The translations under genes and the position numbers were made by a program. From Acidimicrobiales bacterium (GTDB lineage: Bacteria > Actinomycetota > Acidimicrobiia > Acidimicrobiales > DATDAH01), in contig JBGAOY010000002.1 in the NCBI GenBank assembly GCA_044221555.1, positions 70,376 to 134,375 on the forward strand: a DNA stretch of 64,000 nt, in the 5' to 3' direction. The notes beneath the pieces were generated by a model, which saw only the letters and a list, made by a program, of their open reading frames with translations, had not been told where the DNA came from and searched no databases. Positions 35,815 through 46,907 of the stretch are shown one piece after another; within the stretch, counting starts at the first letter, position 1; each line of letters begins with the position of its first letter.

Positions 35815-36119
35815 GAGTTCGACAACCGTCGTCGATCCGAACGCGCAGGGTGACGAATGGGCCCGAAAGCGTCGGCCCTGGGCACCAGACGAGCTGCGCC
35901 GGATCGGACGTCGGCGCTGGAGCACGAGACCCCACTGCCCCTCGCCCGGTGGTGTGCGCCATCGACGACCAGCGTGCGACAGCTTGTGGTGGCTCTGCGT
36001 CGAGGACGGTTGCCCGGCGGCGTGGTGAGGTGGGGCACCACCACCGACGAGGGACCGTGACGTGTCAGGAGTCACGTCCCCCCGCGGAACCGGACAGGCG
36101 AGCGTGCCGTCTGAGCGGC

Positions 36120-37004
36120 ATGCACACCGAGATCGATGTCGACGTCCCCACCCCGCGTGCCGGTGCGAGTCTCCTCGCCAGGACCACGCCCCACGCCGTC
36201 ACCGCCGCCACGTCGCTCGGCGCCGACTCGGGCCGGTTGACGGTGACCGAGGCCGACGTGCTCGGACCGGTCGATGCCGTCGCACCGGTCGATCGGGTCG
36301 ACGTCTTCTTCACCCCGCCGACTGGCATCCCTGTTGCCGCCCGGCCGGCAACCGCTGAGGCGGGACTGGCCGTGGCCCCGGTGGTCGGGCCGGCTGCGGG
36401 GCCGTCCCGTCGTGAGCGCCGCCGGACCCGGCGCAGGACGCGCCTGGTGGTGCTCGCCGTCGGGATGGTGTGGGCCGTCGCCCTCGTCGGGGTGGTGGCC
36501 TACGCGGTCGGCCGTGACGAGGGCGACCGGTCGGCGGCGCCGCCGGCGGCGGCGTCGCCCGATCCGGCGCCCGCGGCGGGCGATGCCACGGTGGACGACG
36601 CCGCGCCGGACGATGCCACGGACGACGATGCCACGGACGACGCCACCGCGGCCGACGGCGGGGCGGACGGTGCGGTGGCCGGTGACGCCACGGCGGACGT
36701 CGGCGGGGTGGACGCCGCCGCCTCCTCCGATGCGCAGCAGGCGGTCCGGTCCTACATCGCCACCCGTGGCACCGATGCCGAGCGGGCCTTCAGCAGCCAG
36801 GGCGGCCGCGACGAGCTCGACGCCGTCATCGCCGACCTCGGACGAGCGGTGCCGCAGGGCGACGCCACGTGCACCGCGGTGGGGGTGGCCTCGTTCACCT
36901 GCGTGCAGGACACCGACCAGGGGGCGATCACCTTCACCGTGGGCCCGGACCCGGACGACCCCGCCACCAGTGGGTTCGAGGTGGTCGGGGCCCAGGTCGG
37001 CTGA
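36120..37004 (+). CDS. single-pass membrane protein with Asp/Ala-rich low-complexity ectodomain
   Basis: The start is the ATG at 36120. A 'RRERRRTRRRTR' stop-transfer segment is followed by the TM 'LVVLAVGMVWAVALVGVVAYAV'. The C-terminal ~90 aa are globular and contain 2 Cys. Confidence 0.6.
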   Translation: MHTEIDVDVPTPRAGASLLARTTPHAVTAATSLGADSGRLTVTEADVLGPVDAVAPVDRVDVFFTPPTGIPVAARPATAEAGLAVAPVVGPAAGPSRRERRRTRRRTRLVVLAVGMVWAVALVGVVAYAVGRDEGDRSAAPPAAASPDPAPAAGDATVDDAAPDDATDDDATDDATAADGGADGAVAGDATADVGGVDAAASSDAQQAVRSYIATRGTDAERAFSSQGGRDELDAVIADLGRAVPQGDATCTAVGVASFTCVQDTDQGAITFTVGPDPDDPATSGFEVVGAQVG

Positions 37005-37209
37005 CCCCCACCGCTTTCGGAGGCACTGCATCGGTGCCACGGGCGGCGCACCCTTCGGCGGCAGGTTCTGTCCAGCGGCGACGCTGGTTCGACCCGCCGA
37101 CTCGAACAGGCCGACGGTGGCGGTGGCGGACCGTCGGAGCCGTGTCCGCACCCACGGGTCCCGCAGGAGCGCCGCTGGTCCCGACCGCCGTCACCTCGAT
37201 CACGGGACG

Positions 37210-38129
37210 TCAGGGCTCGGGCACCGGCGCGAGGCGGTCGCGGGGCCCGGCGTAGGCGAGGCGGCTGGGGAGCTCGTGGCCCACGAGCCGCTCGGCCAGC
37301 GCCGCGACGTCGAGCAAGCGGCCCAGATCGATGCCGGTGTGGACCCCGAGATCGTCGAACAGCGCCACCGCCGCCTCGGTGGCCACGTTGCCGGCGGCGC
37401 CGGCCGCGAACGGTGAACCGCCGAGGCCGCCGACCGAGGTGTCGTACCGGGCCACGCCCGCCTGCCAGCCGGCGTAGAGGTTGAGCAGGCCGGTGCCCCG
37501 GGTGTCGTGCAGGTGGAGGCCCAGGTGGGTGCCGGTGACCGCCAGCAGCTCCTGGACCAGGCGGGGGGTGGCCATGCCGGTGGTGTCGGCCAGGGTGAGG
37601 GCGCTCACGCCGGCGTCGACCAGGCGCACACCCAGGTCGGCGACCTCGACGGGGGCGATGTCGCCTTCGTAGGGCGACCCGAAGGCGCAGGAGATGACGG
37701 CGTCGACGGGCACGCCCGCCGCCGCGGCCGACGACGACACCGTGGCGATGGCGGCGAGCGATTCATCGACGGTCATGCGGACGTTGCGCTGGTTGTAGGC
37801 CGGCGAGGCCGACACGGTGACGGTGAGCTCGTCGACGCCGGCGGCCAGGGCCAGCTCGGCGCCGCGGGCGTTCGGCACCAGGGCCGCCCGCACGACCCCG
37901 TCCGGTCGGCCCACCGCGGCGATCACCTCGTCGCTGCCCGCCATGGCGGGCACGGCGCGCGGGCTGACGAAGGCGCCCACCTCGAGGTGGGTGACCCCCG
38001 CGGCGAGGAGGGCGTCGACGAGGGCGACGCGGTCGGCGACCGGGCACACCTCCTCGCCCTGGAGCCCATCACGGGCGCCGACCTCGCGGATCGTGACCGA
38101 TGACGGCCCGCCGGCGGTCAGGGCGCCGC

Positions 38130-38133
<4 letters not shown>
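37210..38133 (-). CDS. hydroxymethylglutaryl-CoA lyase-like (HMGL family) enzyme
   Basis: Motifs are 'IREVGARDGLQ', 'LEVGAFVSPRAVP', 'LADTTGMATP', 'LHLHDTRGTG' and 'GGLGGSPFA'. The ATG at 38133 overlaps the upstream stop (ATGA). Confidence 0.85.
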
Positions 38134-40115
<1,982 letters not shown>

Positions 40116-40354
40116 GCGCCCACCATGGCCGACGCCCGGGGTCGTCGCAACCGGTGGCGACGAGCACCGCGGCCGCCTGGCCTCGCAGCCGACCAGCACA
40201 GCGTCGCTCCATGCGGTGGATCACCATCGGGCCTCGTGGGCCGACTCGGTGGGTCACCCGTGTGGCGGGCGTTCCTCCGGGAGCGTGGCGCCCGTCGTGA
40301 CGCAGGTGGTGGATCGGTCCCCTAAGTTTCGGTGACGACGGAAAGGGGCCCGCG

Positions 40355-40555
40355 ATGAGGGTTCAGATCGATGACGGGCGGTGCCAGGGGCACGGCCGCT
40401 GCTACGCCCTGGCGCCCGCGGTGTTCGCACCCGACGACATAGGCCAGGGCACGGTCCTGGGGGACGGGCAGGTCGCGCCCGGCGAGGAGGACCGGGCCCG
40501 ACTGGCCACGGCCAACTGCCCGGAGCAGGCGATCACCGTGATCGAGGACGACTGA
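40355..40555 (+). CDS. small ferredoxin (P450-associated type)
   Basis: The protein is 66 aa with 'CQGHGRCYALAPAVF...ANCPEQAI'. Its stop overlaps the P450 start (TGATG). Confidence 0.85.
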   Translation: MRVQIDDGRCQGHGRCYALAPAVFAPDDIGQGTVLGDGQVAPGEEDRARLATANCPEQAITVIEDD

Positions 40556-41760
40556 TGGGCCTCCACGACCCGGTGGAGGACTGGGCCACCGACTTCGATC
40601 ACACCGACGACACCTGGGTGGCCGACCCGTTCCCGATCTGGGACGACCTGCGCGAGCGCTGCCCCATCGCCCACACCGACCGCTACGGCGGCGGCTGGCT
40701 CCCCACCCGGTTCGACGACGTCGAGGCCATCGCCCACGACACCGAGCGCTTCACCTCCCGCAGCATCGTGATGTCGCAGCACCGGCCGCCGCTCGACATG
40801 GCGCCGGCCGGCGTGGCGCCGCCGATCTCGTCCGACCCGCCGTTCCACCAGGGGGCGCGGCGGGTGCTGCTGCCGGCGTTCGCGCCCCAGGCCATCGCCA
40901 AGCTGGAGGCGTCGACCCGCACGTTCTGCGAGGGCCTGATCGCCGACATGGGCGACCGCCAGGTCGTGGACGCCGCCGTCGACTACGCCCAGCACATCCC
41001 GGTGCGGGTGATCGCGAACATGTTGGGCTTCCCCCAGGAGGACGCCGACCGGTTCCGGGCGTTCGTCCACCACACCCTCGAGGGCGTCGACCTGCCCCAG
41101 GACCAGCGGGCGCTCGGGTTCCTCGAGCTGTTCGGCTACCTCGAGGACCAGGTGCGCGACCATGTGGCCAACCCGCGTGACGACCTCACCTCGTACCTGC
41201 TCGGTGCCGAGATGGACGGCGAGCGACTGCAGCCCGAGCACGTCACCCGCACCATCGGCCTCATCCTCATCGCCGGCATCGACACCACGTGGAGTGCCAT
41301 CGGCGCCTCGATCTGGCACCTGGCCGCCCACCCCGACGACCGGCGCCGCCTGACGGCGGAGCCGGACCTGTTGCCCACGGCCATCGAGGAGCTCCTGCGT
41401 GCCTACGCGCCGGTCACCATGGCCCGGTTGGTGCGCGAGGACATGGACTACCGGGGCTGCCCGATGAAGGCCGACGACTGGGTGCTCCTGCCCTTCCCCG
41501 CCGCCAATCGCGACCCTCGAGCGTTCGACCGGGCCGACGAGGTGGTGCTCGACCGCGAGGTCAACCGCCACGCCGCCTTCGGGTTGGGGATCCACCGCTG
41601 CGCCGGCTCGCACCTGGCCCGCATGGAGCTGCGGGTGGCGCTCGAGGTGTGGCTGGCCGCGTTCGCCGATGGCTTCGAACTGGCCGACCCCGACGAGGTC
41701 ACCTGGTCGGGCGGCCAGGTCCGAGGGCCGCGCACCCTCCCGGTACGCATCCTGCCGTGA
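40555..41760 (+). CDS. cytochrome P450
   Basis: The heme loop is 'HAAFGLGIHRCAGSHLARMEL', the I-helix is 'LILIAGIDTT', and the ExxR motif is 'EELLR'. Confidence 0.9.
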   Translation: MGLHDPVEDWATDFDHTDDTWVADPFPIWDDLRERCPIAHTDRYGGGWLPTRFDDVEAIAHDTERFTSRSIVMSQHRPPLDMAPAGVAPPISSDPPFHQGARRVLLPAFAPQAIAKLEASTRTFCEGLIADMGDRQVVDAAVDYAQHIPVRVIANMLGFPQEDADRFRAFVHHTLEGVDLPQDQRALGFLELFGYLEDQVRDHVANPRDDLTSYLLGAEMDGERLQPEHVTRTIGLILIAGIDTTWSAIGASIWHLAAHPDDRRRLTAEPDLLPTAIEELLRAYAPVTMARLVREDMDYRGCPMKADDWVLLPFPAANRDPRAFDRADEVVLDREVNRHAAFGLGIHRCAGSHLARMELRVALEVWLAAFADGFELADPDEVTWSGGQVRGPRTLPVRILP

Positions 41761-43031
41761 GGCGGCTCGCCGCCGCGGTGGCGCTGGTGGCGCTGGTGGC
41801 GCTGGTGGGCGGGCCATCGGGCGCGGTCGCGTCCGCGTCCGCGGGCCTGTCGGGTGCACCGGGCGCGGGGCCGTCGGGCGCGCGTGCATCGGGAGCGGCG
41901 GGAGCGGCCACGGCGGACGAGCGGTCGCTCGACGACGTGGCCGTCACGCTCACCCCCCTCGTCCACCTCGACGCGCCCATGGCGCTGGCCACACGCCAGG
42001 GCACCGACGACCTCTACGTGGCCGAGCGGGCGGGCCTGGTGCGCCGCCTGGTGTCCGGCGGGGGCTCGCTCGCGGTCGATCCCGAGCCGGTGCTCGACCT
42101 GACGGCACGGACGACCACCGACAACGAACGGGGCCTGCTCGGCCTGGTGTTCTCGCCCGACGGATCGAAGCTCTACGTGCACCTCACCAACCTGCACGGC
42201 GACACCCGCCTGCTGGAGTACACGATGGCCGGTGAGCAGGCGGTGCTCGGTTCACGCCGCACCCTGCTGCGGGTGGCCCAACCCTTCCCGAACCACAACG
42301 GCGGGCAGTTGGCCTTCGGTCCCGACGGCCGGCTCTACCTGGGCCTCGGCGACGGCGGCGCCGGTGGCGATCCCTTCGGCAACGGCCAGGACACCTCGGT
42401 GCTGCTCGGCAAGATCCTGCGCATCGATCCCACGCCCACAGGGTCGGCGCCCTACCGCGTGCCGCGGTCGAACCCGTTCGTCGGCGGCGGCCCGGCAGGG
42501 GCCGCCACCCGGCCCGAGATCTGGATGTACGGCCTGCGCAACCCCTGGCGATTCAGCTTCGACCGCGACACCGGCGCCCTGTGGGTGGCCGACGTGGGCC
42601 AGGACACCTTCGAGGAGGTGGACAAGCTGCCCCGTGGTCGTCACGGGCGCAACGCCGGCCGGGGGGCCAACCTGGGCTGGTCGCAGATGGAGGGCGACCA
42701 GCCCTTCGACGGGGGCACCGAGCCGGCGAACCACACCCGCCCGATCTTCACGTACCCGCACGGGCTGAACAACCAGAACGGGTGCGCGGTGATCGGCGGG
42801 TACGTCTACCGCGGCAGCGGCGTGCCGGGCCTGGCCGGCGCCTACGTGTACGGCGACCTGTGCAAGGCCCACGTCCGGGCGCTGGTGCAGCGCCACGGGG
42901 TGGTCAGTGACGAGCGCGACCTCGGGGTGGACCTGGGTGGCGCCGCGCTCGTCGGCTTCGGCGAGGACGCGTCGGGCGAGCTGTACACGCTGGGTGACGA
43001 CGGGACGGTGTCGCGCCTCGACGCCGCCTGA
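41757..43031 (+). CDS. secreted PQQ-dependent sugar (glucose/sorbosone) dehydrogenase-family protein
   Basis: The GTG at 41757 overlaps the P450 stop (GTGA). It has a signal-like 'AAAVALVALVALVGG'. Motifs are 'ERGLLGLVFSPD', 'HNGGQLAFGPDGRLYLGLGDGG' and 'YGLRNPWRFSFD'. Confidence 0.8.
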   Translation: MRRLAAAVALVALVALVGGPSGAVASASAGLSGAPGAGPSGARASGAAGAATADERSLDDVAVTLTPLVHLDAPMALATRQGTDDLYVAERAGLVRRLVSGGGSLAVDPEPVLDLTARTTTDNERGLLGLVFSPDGSKLYVHLTNLHGDTRLLEYTMAGEQAVLGSRRTLLRVAQPFPNHNGGQLAFGPDGRLYLGLGDGGAGGDPFGNGQDTSVLLGKILRIDPTPTGSAPYRVPRSNPFVGGGPAGAATRPEIWMYGLRNPWRFSFDRDTGALWVADVGQDTFEEVDKLPRGRHGRNAGRGANLGWSQMEGDQPFDGGTEPANHTRPIFTYPHGLNNQNGCAVIGGYVYRGSGVPGLAGAYVYGDLCKAHVRALVQRHGVVSDERDLGVDLGGAALVGFGEDASGELYTLGDDGTVSRLDAA

Positions 43032-43113
43032 CCGACGGGCCCCGCCGAACCGGCGCGACGGCGCTCCACGACTAATGTCCCAGCGATAGCGGACACCGGC
43101 GTGGGGAGAGATC

Positions 43114-45036
43114 GTGACTCGTAGCAACCGCCTTCTGGCGTGCGGCCTCGCCGCGACGTCGCTGCTCGCCGGCCTGCTGGCCCTGCCCTCGGCCACCAGC
43201 GCAGCCGCGCCGGCCCCGGCGAGGGCCACCGAGGGGGCGCCGCTCAAGCCGTTCTCTGCGGGCTCCGTGGAGATCGATCCCGGGCCTCTCGCGGGCGGGG
43301 ACGTCGAGGTGGCGGTCGATCCGGCCGCCGGCGTGTCGGGGGCCACCGTGCAGGTCTCGGCCACCGGCGAGGCGCGGATCACCGACGGCGGTGACCCGGC
43401 GCCGGTGACGGGTGACGCGTCCACCGCCGATGCGGCGGTCGCCGTGGCCGAGGGCGCCCCCGCGGGCGACCTGGCCGAGGCGGCGGTCGCCGACGCGTCG
43501 GGCACCACCGTCGTGGCCACCCTGACGGGGACGACCGGCGACGGCGCCGTCCGGTCGTCCTCCGACACGGTGTGGGTCGACGAGTTCGCCGGCGAGACCC
43601 TCGTGAGCGAGATCGGCGAGCAGGACCTGCGGCTCCAGCGGGTGGACGTGCTGCGACGCAGCGGCGCGGTGACCGCGACCGAGGCCGATGCGCTCGACGC
43701 CCGGGTCCTCGGCGCCACCACGACGACCGAGGTGGTCGGCGAAGGGGCGTGCGTCGGCGTCTGCGTCAACGGCACGGTGCTCTGGACCGACGCCGAGGGT
43801 GGCACCCACCCGGTCGACCGGGCACCGGTGCAGATCCGCGACGAGGAGACCGGCCCCGATCAGGTCGTCACGACGGTCACCACCGACGCCGAGGGCTTCT
43901 TCTCGACCACCGTCGACAACAACGACGGCGACGCCACCGGGCGCGACCTCTACGTGCGGGTGCTCGCCGACGGGCCGGGCTTCACCCTGGCCCAGCACAT
44001 CGACAGCGGGGTGACCACCGACGCCACCACCGGCAGCGTCGTCACCAAGAACCTGACCGCCAACAACACGCAGGACAACAACACCGCCTTCTCGGTGCAC
44101 GCTGCGCTCGTGATCGCGAACGACGAGATCGTGGCCCAGAACGGGTCGGGCTTCCCGACGGTCCCGGTGGTGTTCCCGTCCGACGGCTCGTACTACGACG
44201 GAAGCGCGCTCAACCTGCTGTCCCTCGACCGGTTCGACTGGGACGTGGACCTCCACGAGTTCGGCCACTACGTGGCCGACGAGCTGAACATCGAGAACAA
44301 CCCCGGCGGCTTCCACACCGACACCAACCTGTCCGACCTGTACGGGAACAAGTCGATCGGCATCCGGCTCGCCTGGGGCGAGGGCTGGCCCACCTACTTC
44401 GCCGTGTCCACCCTGCGCGAGCGGGCCAACGGCCTCGGCATCCCCAACGTGGGCGACACGAAGTACCAGGACACCGAGGACCAGGTGCTCACCGACGACC
44501 TCGAGGTCAACGCCACCCTCGGGGAGGACAACGAGCGCACGGACATGAACATCCTCTGGGACCTCTACGACACCGAGAACGACAACCGCGACCAGGTGAG
44601 CCTGGGTACGGCGACGGTGTGGGACACGCTCGACGCCGGTGACCCCGAATCGCTCTCGGACGCGTACGCCCTGTTCAGCCCCGGTCGGTCCAGCGAGGGC
44701 GCCAACTGCGTGTTCAGCCAGATGAACGTCAGCCCCAAGATCAGCGGGGCCGCGAGCACCGTCACCAACGCCCGCCCGACCATCCGGTGGCGGGCCGGCA
44801 ACGGCGGCTCCCACGCCAACAACCGGTTCTCGGTGAAGTTCCGGTCCGCCGGCGGCGCCCTGCTCCTGGCCGGCCCGACGGTTCGGACCAACTCCTTCAA
44901 GCCGTCCCGCGCCCAGTGGGACTCGATCCTCGCGGGGGCGGGCGGCACGGTGCGGATCACCGTGGTCGGTCGCCAGGCGGACACCCCCGCGACCGGGCCC
45001 TACATGAGCTGCACCCGCTCCTACACGGTCGACTAG
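43114..45036 (+). CDS. secreted protein with carboxypeptidase-regulatory-like domain and HEFGH zinc-metalloprotease-type motif
   Basis: The signal peptide is 'LLACGLAATSLLAGLLALPSATSAAAP'. It also has 'VQIRDEETG...TTDAEGFFSTTV' and 'DVDLHEFGHYVADEL'. I do not recognise the protease family. Confidence 0.6.
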   Translation: MTRSNRLLACGLAATSLLAGLLALPSATSAAAPAPARATEGAPLKPFSAGSVEIDPGPLAGGDVEVAVDPAAGVSGATVQVSATGEARITDGGDPAPVTGDASTADAAVAVAEGAPAGDLAEAAVADASGTTVVATLTGTTGDGAVRSSSDTVWVDEFAGETLVSEIGEQDLRLQRVDVLRRSGAVTATEADALDARVLGATTTTEVVGEGACVGVCVNGTVLWTDAEGGTHPVDRAPVQIRDEETGPDQVVTTVTTDAEGFFSTTVDNNDGDATGRDLYVRVLADGPGFTLAQHIDSGVTTDATTGSVVTKNLTANNTQDNNTAFSVHAALVIANDEIVAQNGSGFPTVPVVFPSDGSYYDGSALNLLSLDRFDWDVDLHEFGHYVADELNIENNPGGFHTDTNLSDLYGNKSIGIRLAWGEGWPTYFAVSTLRERANGLGIPNVGDTKYQDTEDQVLTDDLEVNATLGEDNERTDMNILWDLYDTENDNRDQVSLGTATVWDTLDAGDPESLSDAYALFSPGRSSEGANCVFSQMNVSPKISGAASTVTNARPTIRWRAGNGGSHANNRFSVKFRSAGGALLLAGPTVRTNSFKPSRAQWDSILAGAGGTVRITVVGRQADTPATGPYMSCTRSYTVD

Positions 45037-45051
45037 GCCGGGGCGGCCCGT

Positions 45052-45873
45052 CTAGGAGAGGACCCGGGCCGAGAACCCTCGCACGCCGAGCCAGGTCAAC
45101 ACCGCGGTGAAGGCGGTGAGGGCCGGGTAGATCGCCAGCAGTGACATGTGCGGGCTGTCGGTGAGGGCGGCCCGGAACCCCTCGGCCATGTAGACGAGGG
45201 GGTTCACCAGCACCGCGATCTGGAGCCAGCGGATGGGCTCGAGCGCCGCCCACGAGTAGTAGACGCAGCCGAGGAAGGTGAGGGGCACGAGGATCACCCC
45301 GAACATCACCGGCACCGTGCGGGGCTCGAAGGTGGTGCCGAACGTGAGCCCGAGGGCCGAGCCGGCCACGCAGGCCAGCGGTGCCAGGGTGAGCAGCACC
45401 AGCCAGTCGATGTCGAGGTGCACCGGGGTGGCGGGGACCACCGCGGCGATCGGGAACACGAGCAGCGCCGAGAACAGGCCCTGGACGGCCCCGGCCACGA
45501 TCTTCTCGATGGCGATGAGCGACACCGGCATCGGCGCCAGCACCCGGTCCTCGATCTCGCGGGTGACGCCGAACTCGGTGACCATCGGGAGCGCCACGGA
45601 CTGGATGCCCTGGAAGAAGATCGACAGGGCGACCACGCCGGCGACGAGCAGGGTGGAGAAGTCGGCCGCCGACGCGCCGGTGCCGCCGACGCTCTGGCCG
45701 ATCTTGGGGAACACGTAGGTGAACACGAAGACCAGCAGGAACGGCTGGAGCACCGTGCGGGGGATGAACTCCTTGAGGTTCTTGCGCAGCACGGTGACGT
45801 CGCGCAGCAGCATGGCGCCGAAGGCGGCGCGGGCCGCGGTCGCCGTGGAGCGGGGGTGGGCCGTGTCGATCAC
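45052..45873 (-). CDS. ABC-2-type exporter permease
   Basis: The GTG at 45873 overlaps the ATPase stop (GTGA). 'MLLRDVTVLRKNLKEFIPRTVLQPFLLVFVFTYVFPKIG' is followed by 6 hydrophobic helices. Confidence 0.85.
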   Translation of the reverse strand: MIDTAHPRSTATAARAAFGAMLLRDVTVLRKNLKEFIPRTVLQPFLLVFVFTYVFPKIGQSVGGTGASAADFSTLLVAGVVALSIFFQGIQSVALPMVTEFGVTREIEDRVLAPMPVSLIAIEKIVAGAVQGLFSALLVFPIAAVVPATPVHLDIDWLVLLTLAPLACVAGSALGLTFGTTFEPRTVPVMFGVILVPLTFLGCVYYSWAALEPIRWLQIAVLVNPLVYMAEGFRAALTDSPHMSLLAIYPALTAFTAVLTWLGVRGFSARVLS

Positions 45874-46829
45874 TCGCGGAGCTCCTTGCCCGTCAGCCGG
45901 ATGAAGACGGTCTCGAGGGTGGGCTCGTTGATCGAGAGGTCGGTCACCGAGAACCCACCTTTCTCTGCCGCGGCGACCACGGCGGGCAGGATGCCCTGGC
46001 GGCCGGCCACCTCGAGCTCGATCGTGCCGTCGCCGTGTCGGACCCCGGTGACGCCGTCCACCTCTTGGTGCAGCCAGTCCGACAGGCGGGCCAGGTCGCC
46101 CTCGGCGGACACCGTGACGATGGTGTCGGCCCCCACCGACGCCTTCAGGCCCGCGGCGTGGTCGAGAGCCAGGATCCGGCCCTTGTCCATGATGGCCACC
46201 CGGTCGCAGAGCTGGTCGGCCTCCTCCATGTAATGGGTGGTGAGCAGGATCGTCTGGCCGTCGGCGTGCAGTTGGCGGACCACCTCCCACAGCGCCAGGC
46301 GGCTCTGGGGGTCGAGGCCGGCGGTGGGCTCGTCGAGGAAGAGGATGGCCGGGCGGTGCAGGATGGCCCGCGCCACCATGAGCCGCTGGGCCATGCCCCC
46401 CGACAGGGCCATCACCGGCGCGGTGGCCCGATCGGTGAGGCGGAACTGCTCGAGTGCGCGGTCGGCGGCGGCACGGGCGGCCTTGGCGCTCATGCCGAAG
46501 TACCGGCCGTGGAAGTAGAGGTTCTCGCGGACATCGAGCGACCGGTCCAGCGTGTTGGCCTGGGGCACCACACCGATGGCCTGCTTGGCCAGTGCCGGGT
46601 GGGCCACCACATCGACGCCCCCGACGGTCACGGTGCCGCTGGTGGGCACGACCCCGGTGGTGAGCATGCCGCCGGTCGTGGTCTTGCCGGCACCGTTGGG
46701 GCCGAGCAGGCCGAAGATCTCGCCGCGCCGCACCCGCAGGTCGAGGCCGTCGACGGCCTTGACGCCACCCGGGTACACCTTGGTGAGCCCCTCGGTGATG
46801 ATGACGTCGTCGGCCACGTCCACGAACAT
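45870..46829 (-). CDS. ABC transporter ATP-binding protein (DrrA-like)
   Basis: The start is the ATG at 46829. It has Walker A 'GPNGAGKTT', signature 'LSGGMAQRL' and Walker B 'ILFLDEPT'. Confidence 0.9.
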   Translation of the reverse strand: MFVDVADDVIITEGLTKVYPGGVKAVDGLDLRVRRGEIFGLLGPNGAGKTTTGGMLTTGVVPTSGTVTVGGVDVVAHPALAKQAIGVVPQANTLDRSLDVRENLYFHGRYFGMSAKAARAAADRALEQFRLTDRATAPVMALSGGMAQRLMVARAILHRPAILFLDEPTAGLDPQSRLALWEVVRQLHADGQTILLTTHYMEEADQLCDRVAIMDKGRILALDHAAGLKASVGADTIVTVSAEGDLARLSDWLHQEVDGVTGVRHGDGTIELEVAGRQGILPAVVAAAEKGGFSVTDLSINEPTLETVFIRLTGKELRE

Positions 46830-46907
46830 AGGGGACGAACCCGCCGTCGGCTCGGACACGGTTCGACGGGGTTGCGACAAGTAGACAGCATATGTAACAG
46901 TAGTGCC

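Noticed and set aside
35580-36119. A 180-aa N-terminal extension of the 36120 membrane-protein ORF, and other small ORFs in the 35.5-36.1 kb gap
   Set aside because: All are Arg-rich with no hydrophobic core or motif and look non-coding. I kept the region as a non-coding gap of interest.
37075-37112. A GGTTCGA...TCGAAC element resembling a tRNA T-arm in the 37.0-37.2 kb convergent spacer
   Set aside because: The flanks cannot form an acceptor, D or anticodon arm. The T-stem complement is missing, so it is just a 6-bp inverted repeat.
42252-44814. The ORFs at 42252..43805(-) and 43072..44814(-), antisense to the PQQ dehydrogenase and the HEFGH protein
   Set aside because: They are shadow ORFs without motifs. 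The plus-strand products have signal peptides and family motifs.
46035-46907. The N-terminal 290 aa of the 919-aa ORF at 46035..48794
   Set aside because: This part is antisense to the ABC ATPase gene and is low-complexity. A signal-peptide-like start at the GTG at 46908 fits the metallophosphoesterase.
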